A program made the position numbers and the translations under genes. Source: Gammaproteobacteria bacterium (GTDB lineage: Bacteria > Pseudomonadota > Gammaproteobacteria > Ga0077536). From it: a stretch of DNA of 64,000 bases. Under the pieces are notes generated by a model that made no database searches, was not told the DNA's origin, and saw nothing but the letters and a program-made list of their open reading frames with translations. Positions 60,384 to 64,000 of the stretch are shown in pieces (the stretch's first letter is position 1; each line of letters begins with the position of its first letter). Location: NCBI GenBank assembly GCA_016209015.1, contig JACQWY010000025.1, forward strand, positions 3,747 to 67,746, written 5' to 3'.

Positions 60384-61433
60384 ATGCGTCTCAAAGTGGT
60401 CGCGGGCAATTTGATCGAACGTCTCGTCCTGAAGCTCAATGCGGTCCCCGAACCGCTGCTCGAAACCCAGGTCGCGTTCAGCATGGCACGCGCGATTATG
60501 ACGGCCGTCGAGTTCGGCCTCTTCGAGGCCGTCGCGGACGCACCGGCGCCGGCCGCGAGCATCGCCGCGCACTGCGGCACACATCCTGGCGCGACAGGGA
60601 AATTGCTGAACACGCTAGCCGGCTGCGGCTATGTCCGCTATCGCGACGGCGGCTACGCGCTGACCCCGAAATCCCGCAAGTGGCTGCTGCGCCGGTCGCC
60701 GCACAATCTCTGCGACAAACTGCTCTTCCAGCTCCACGAATGGGATCTCGTGACGGGCTACGAGCATTTCGTGCGCACCGGCGAGCCCTATGGTCCGCAC
60801 GCCGCGAGCGGCGATCACCGTTACTGGCAGATCTACCAGCGCGGCATGCGCAGCCTCGCGGCGCTGTGGGCGCACGACGTGGCGGCCCGCGTTCCGATGC
60901 CGCGCGCAGCGCGCGACATGCTCGACATCGGCGGCTCGCACGGCTACTACTCGGTGTGCCTGTGCCGGCGCCATCCCGCGCTGAGCTCGGTGATCCTCGA
61001 CCTGCCCGAAGCCGTCGAGCACGCCCGCGCCATTCTTGCCGAGGAAGGTATGGGCGAGCGCGTGACGCACCGGGTCGGGAATGCACTCACGGATGATCTC
61101 GGGCAGGACACGGCCGACATCGTGTTCATGTCGCAGCTCGTTCATCACTTCACCGACGAGCAGAACCGCATGCTCATGAAGAAAATCGCCAGAGCGCTGC
61201 GTCCGGGCGGGGTGTGCGTGATGCTGGATTCCGTGAGCCCGACCGAGCCCGGCCGCGGCGATCAGACCGCGGCGGTGCTCGATCTGTACTTCGCGATGCT
61301 CAGCGAATCGGGCACCTGGCCGGTGGAGACCATGTGTGCCTGGCTCGCCGACGCGGGGCTCGAACCCCTGCCGCCGCGCCGCTTCCGCAACATGCCGGGC
61401 GGCGCGCTCGTCGCCGGGCGGAAGTCGGCCTGA
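60384..61433 (+). CDS. Class I SAM-dependent O-methyltransferase
   Basis: An OMT dimerisation N-terminus and a SAM motif (LDIGGSHGYY); 349 aa. The start was trimmed from the 468-aa ORF. Confidence 0.75.
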   Translation: MRLKVVAGNLIERLVLKLNAVPEPLLETQVAFSMARAIMTAVEFGLFEAVADAPAPAASIAAHCGTHPGATGKLLNTLAGCGYVRYRDGGYALTPKSRKWLLRRSPHNLCDKLLFQLHEWDLVTGYEHFVRTGEPYGPHAASGDHRYWQIYQRGMRSLAALWAHDVAARVPMPRAARDMLDIGGSHGYYSVCLCRRHPALSSVILDLPEAVEHARAILAEEGMGERVTHRVGNALTDDLGQDTADIVFMSQLVHHFTDEQNRMLMKKIARALRPGGVCVMLDSVSPTEPGRGDQTAAVLDLYFAMLSESGTWPVETMCAWLADAGLEPLPPRRFRNMPGGALVAGRKSA

Positions 61434-61532
61434 CAGCGGCTGCCCGCACCGCCCCGCAGCCGGCGCAGGCACTTGAAGCCGTCGGGGAAATGCCAGACAT
61501 TTACCCCCTGCACGCACTCACCAGGGAAGCCC

Positions 61533-61991
61533 ATGCGTTACTGGCTGATGAAATCCGAGCCCGCCTCCTTCAGCCTCGACACGCTGAAGGCCTGCCCGAA
61601 GAAGACCACGATGTGGGACGGGGTCCGGAATTACCAGGCGCGCAATTTCCTGCGCGACGAATTCGAGCGCGGCGATCTCGCGTTCTTCTATCACTCGAGC
61701 TGCGAGGAGCCGGGCATCGTCGGCATCGTCGAGGTCGTGAAGGAGGCCTATCCCGATCCGACGGCGCTCGATCCGGAGAACCATCACTACGATCCGCGCG
61801 AGAAGGCCGAGGCGCCGCGCTGGTTCGTCGTCGACGTGAAGCTGAAGCGCGCCTTGAAGCGCACGATCGGGCTCGCGGAGCTGAAGACGCACGAAGCGCT
61901 TGCCGGCATGCGCCTGCTCGCGACCGGCAACCGGCTCTCGGTGATGCCGGTCAGCGCCGAGGAATGGAGGTACATTCTCGCGCTCGAATAG
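61533..61991 (+). CDS. EVE (PUA-like) domain protein
   Basis: MRYWLMKSEPASFSLDTL...RNFLRDEFERGDLAFFYHS matches the EVE domain. Confidence 0.6.
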   Translation: MRYWLMKSEPASFSLDTLKACPKKTTMWDGVRNYQARNFLRDEFERGDLAFFYHSSCEEPGIVGIVEVVKEAYPDPTALDPENHHYDPREKAEAPRWFVVDVKLKRALKRTIGLAELKTHEALAGMRLLATGNRLSVMPVSAEEWRYILALE

Positions 61992-62056
61992 CGCGCGGAC
62001 CGGCGCCGCCGGCCGCGAGACAAGCCGGGTTCACCGGCGGTAGCGACGACAAAGAG

Positions 62057-63229
62057 GGGGCTGACATGCCGCGAGCAATTCTGCGTCTGGTGGTGGTCCT
62101 GGCGGTGATCCTGGGTGCGGCCGGCATCGCCGAAATATGGATCCGCTCCGATCTCCATCGCTTCGGTCTCGACGTCCCCGACGCGGCGGACAATCCGCTC
62201 GCCGCGATAAGCGAGCCCGATCCCGTGATCGGCACGCGCTACGAGCCGAACGCCTCGACGGTCGTGAAATCCCCGCGCCGCGAATTCGAGGTCCTCTACC
62301 AGATCAACGAGATCGGGCTGCGCGATCATCCGCTCGGCACGCACCTGCGCAAGGAGGCGCGCATCCTCGTGCTCGGCGGTGCGAGCATCGAGGGTTACGG
62401 TGTGGACGTCGAGGACAACTTCATGAAGCACGTCCAGCAGGCGATCGACAAGACGACGGAGTTGAAGCCGAGCGTGCACTTCATCCGCGCCGCGCGCGCC
62501 GGTCAGGGCGCGGTCGAGGCTTATCTGCTCGGCGGGCAGCTCATGGAGACGCAGAAACCGCACGCGATCCTCTTCTTCTACGACAGCGGCATGCCGGCGA
62601 TCGATCGCGCCGTGCTCGCACGCACCGCCAAGGACGGCAACGGGCTCGCGACGAAGATCGCGCCGGCCACGGAAGGCGCGGGCTCACGCGGGATCGTCGA
62701 CACGCTCGCCGGTTCGAGCATGCTCGCGAAGCTCGCGGCGATGCGCATGCATGCGGCCCGGGCGCGCGCAGCGTTGAAACCCGGCGATCCGGCGGCCGAT
62801 CCTTACGCCGGCCTGCGGGCGAATGCGCTCGCCGCCGTGCACGGCCCGTCGCTGCAGCACGTGAAAGCGCTCGCCGCGAAGGCGAAAGCCGCGGGCATCC
62901 CCTTCGTGCTCGTGCACCTGCCGCTGCCGGTGCAGGTCTCGGCGCAGGAATGGGAAGCCGGGCGCGCCGATCTCGGCTTCGAGGCGAAGGTCTACGGCAC
63001 GGAGGACGCGGCAGCCGTCGCCGCGTTCTGCAAGGACGCCGGTCTCGAATGCCTCGCGCTGCACGAGCATTTCCAGGAAGTGGCGAAGCGCGATCGCACC
63101 CTGCTGTTCTATCCCTACACGCTCGCCTTGAATCCCGAGGGCCACCGCACGCTGACGGCGTGGGGGACGACAGCGCTCTACGAGACGTTCAAGAAGGACG
63201 GCGTCCTCGAAGCGGCGATGCAGCAGTAG
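62057..63229 (+). CDS. Membrane-anchored hypothetical protein (390 aa), possibly SGNH/AlgX-like
   Basis: An N-terminal TM helix (ILRLVVVLAVILGAAGIA). The LVLGGASIEGYGV region is only weakly SGNH-like. The start was trimmed from the 671-aa ORF. Confidence 0.4.
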   Translation, partial: GADMPRAILRLVVVLAVILGAAGIAEIWIRSDLHRFGLDVPDAADNPLAAISEPDPVIGTRYEPNASTVVKSPRREFEVLYQINEIGLRDHPLGTHLRKEARILVLGGASIEGYGVDVEDNFMKHVQQAIDKTTELKPSVHFIRAARAGQGAVEAYLLGGQLMETQKPHAILFFYDSGMPAIDRAVLARTAKDGNGLATKIAPATEGAGSRGIVDTLAGSSMLAKLAAMRMHAARARAALKPGDPAADPYAGLRANALAAVHGPSLQHVKALAAKAKAAGIPFVLVHLPLPVQVSAQEWEAGRADLGFEAKVYGTEDAAAVAAFCKDAGLECLALHEHFQEVAKRDRTLLFYPYTLALNPEGHRTLTAWGTTALYETFKKDGVLEAAMQQ

Positions 63230-63288
63230 AAATCGATTTCCCCACCGGCGGGAGTCAGCCGTCGATCGGCAGCGGTGTGATGTGCCAG

Positions 63289-63392
63289 AGTCATAGGATG
63301 CATTGACGAAGGAAATGCATCACGCGGCGGTAGCCGGTCGCCGGGGCTCGGCGCGGGATGATGGGTTTCCTGCGTCAACCCATCCTATGACT
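63289..63392. repeat. REP-like element (two TGACGAAGGAA / TTCCTGCGTCA core hairpins enclosed by a 12-bp outer inverted repeat agtcataggatg / catcctatgact)
   Basis: Direct reading; the same core and outer motif occur at 5171-5205. Confidence 0.5.
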
Positions 63393-64000
63393 CGTGGCGC
63401 AGTTGCGAACCGGACGTTGACCGGGCGGGGTATATAACACCCGCCCCGAAACACCGTACAAGCCCCCGGCCGCGAACTAATCAGACGCTAAGGACTGGGC
63501 TTGGCCGCGGCGGCGGCTGAGGGATGGCAAGAGCAAGGGTTCTTCAGCCTAAGAAAATGACGTGACGAATCCAGCCGCGATACATTGCTAGTCCGCTACG
63601 GCTGAGTCGGGTGAGGAAGATCCCCCGTCGGAAATTGTGGCGCACGGAGCACATTGGTGCCCCAAATTACGGGACCGCCATTGCCAGCATGCGCAACCGC
63701 ATATCCGGTCCTCAATCCGTATAAGTCGCGCGAAAAAAAGCCGCGGCATCCATAGCCGGCATCTTCAAGGCCTCTTGGTACAAGCGTACGGTAGACTTGC
63801 AAATTATGTCGGGAGGCTGCCCCTTAGCGGCTGCTTCCGAAATATCGGGATTTAAACCCTCGCCCAATAGAATCTCCCTGATCGCGTTTGCTGTGTCCCT
63901 CAGCCGCTCGGAATCCGCCTCAGGCGTGTGACTTGATTCCGTTGCCTGCATCACGATCTGAATAGTCGCGTCCGCAACAGCTCGGCGCGTTTTATCGGTC

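Overview
This 64-kb window is about 70% GC and looks proteobacterial. The synteny (zapA-ssrS and ygfB-pepP-ubiH-ubiI as in E. coli and Pseudomonas, plus a xanthomonadin-type pigment cluster) suggests a high-GC gamma- or betaproteobacterium, possibly Xanthomonadales-like. It divides into four blocks.

1. Positions 1-24.3 kb: a PEP-CTERM regulatory neighbourhood. It holds prsK (sensor kinase), prsR (sigma-54 activator), prsT (TPR lipoprotein of about 935 aa) and one PEP-CTERM protein gene with a recognisable sigma-54 promoter. These are interleaved with a complete MSHA-like type IV pilus / type II secretion-like machinery: ExeA/MshM-like ATPase, lipoprotein secretin, TPR protein, GspE ATPase, GspF platform, MshI/J/K-like assembly proteins and three minor-pilin-like genes. 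The machinery is packed in one roughly 14-kb minus-strand operon that begins with prsR. No exosortase gene is present in the window. This block is my best candidate for an undescribed system.

2. Positions 24.6-32.5 kb: housekeeping genes tkt-gap-pgk-pyk and an MFS transporter.

3. Positions 32.7-44 kb: a frameshifted exported-protein gene, an SPFH protein plus small membrane protein pair, purC, ubiI-ubiH-pepP-ygfB, a small coiled-coil protein, zapA, 6S RNA and a photolyase.

4. Positions 44.2-63.2 kb: a xanthomonadin-like aryl-polyene biosynthetic cluster. It contains ACP, an acyl-AMP ligase-dehydratase fusion, an acyltransferase, a LolA-like protein, an MMPL exporter, KS and CLF-like ketosynthase genes, a hotdog dehydratase, FabG and a GT2 glycosyltransferase. 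Tailoring genes are a flavin-dependent halogenase, an O-methyltransferase and a Baeyer-Villiger monooxygenase.

The window also carries at least three families of small structured repeats: a MITE-like element with a 12-bp terminal inverted repeat (3 copies), a REP-like hairpin with a TTCCT(T/G)CGTCA core (3 loci) and CCCGGC...GCCGGG hairpins. GC content drops after about 63.4 kb. Many long R/A/G-rich antisense ORFs in the supplied track are high-GC artefacts, and several real genes had to be trimmed to internal start codons.
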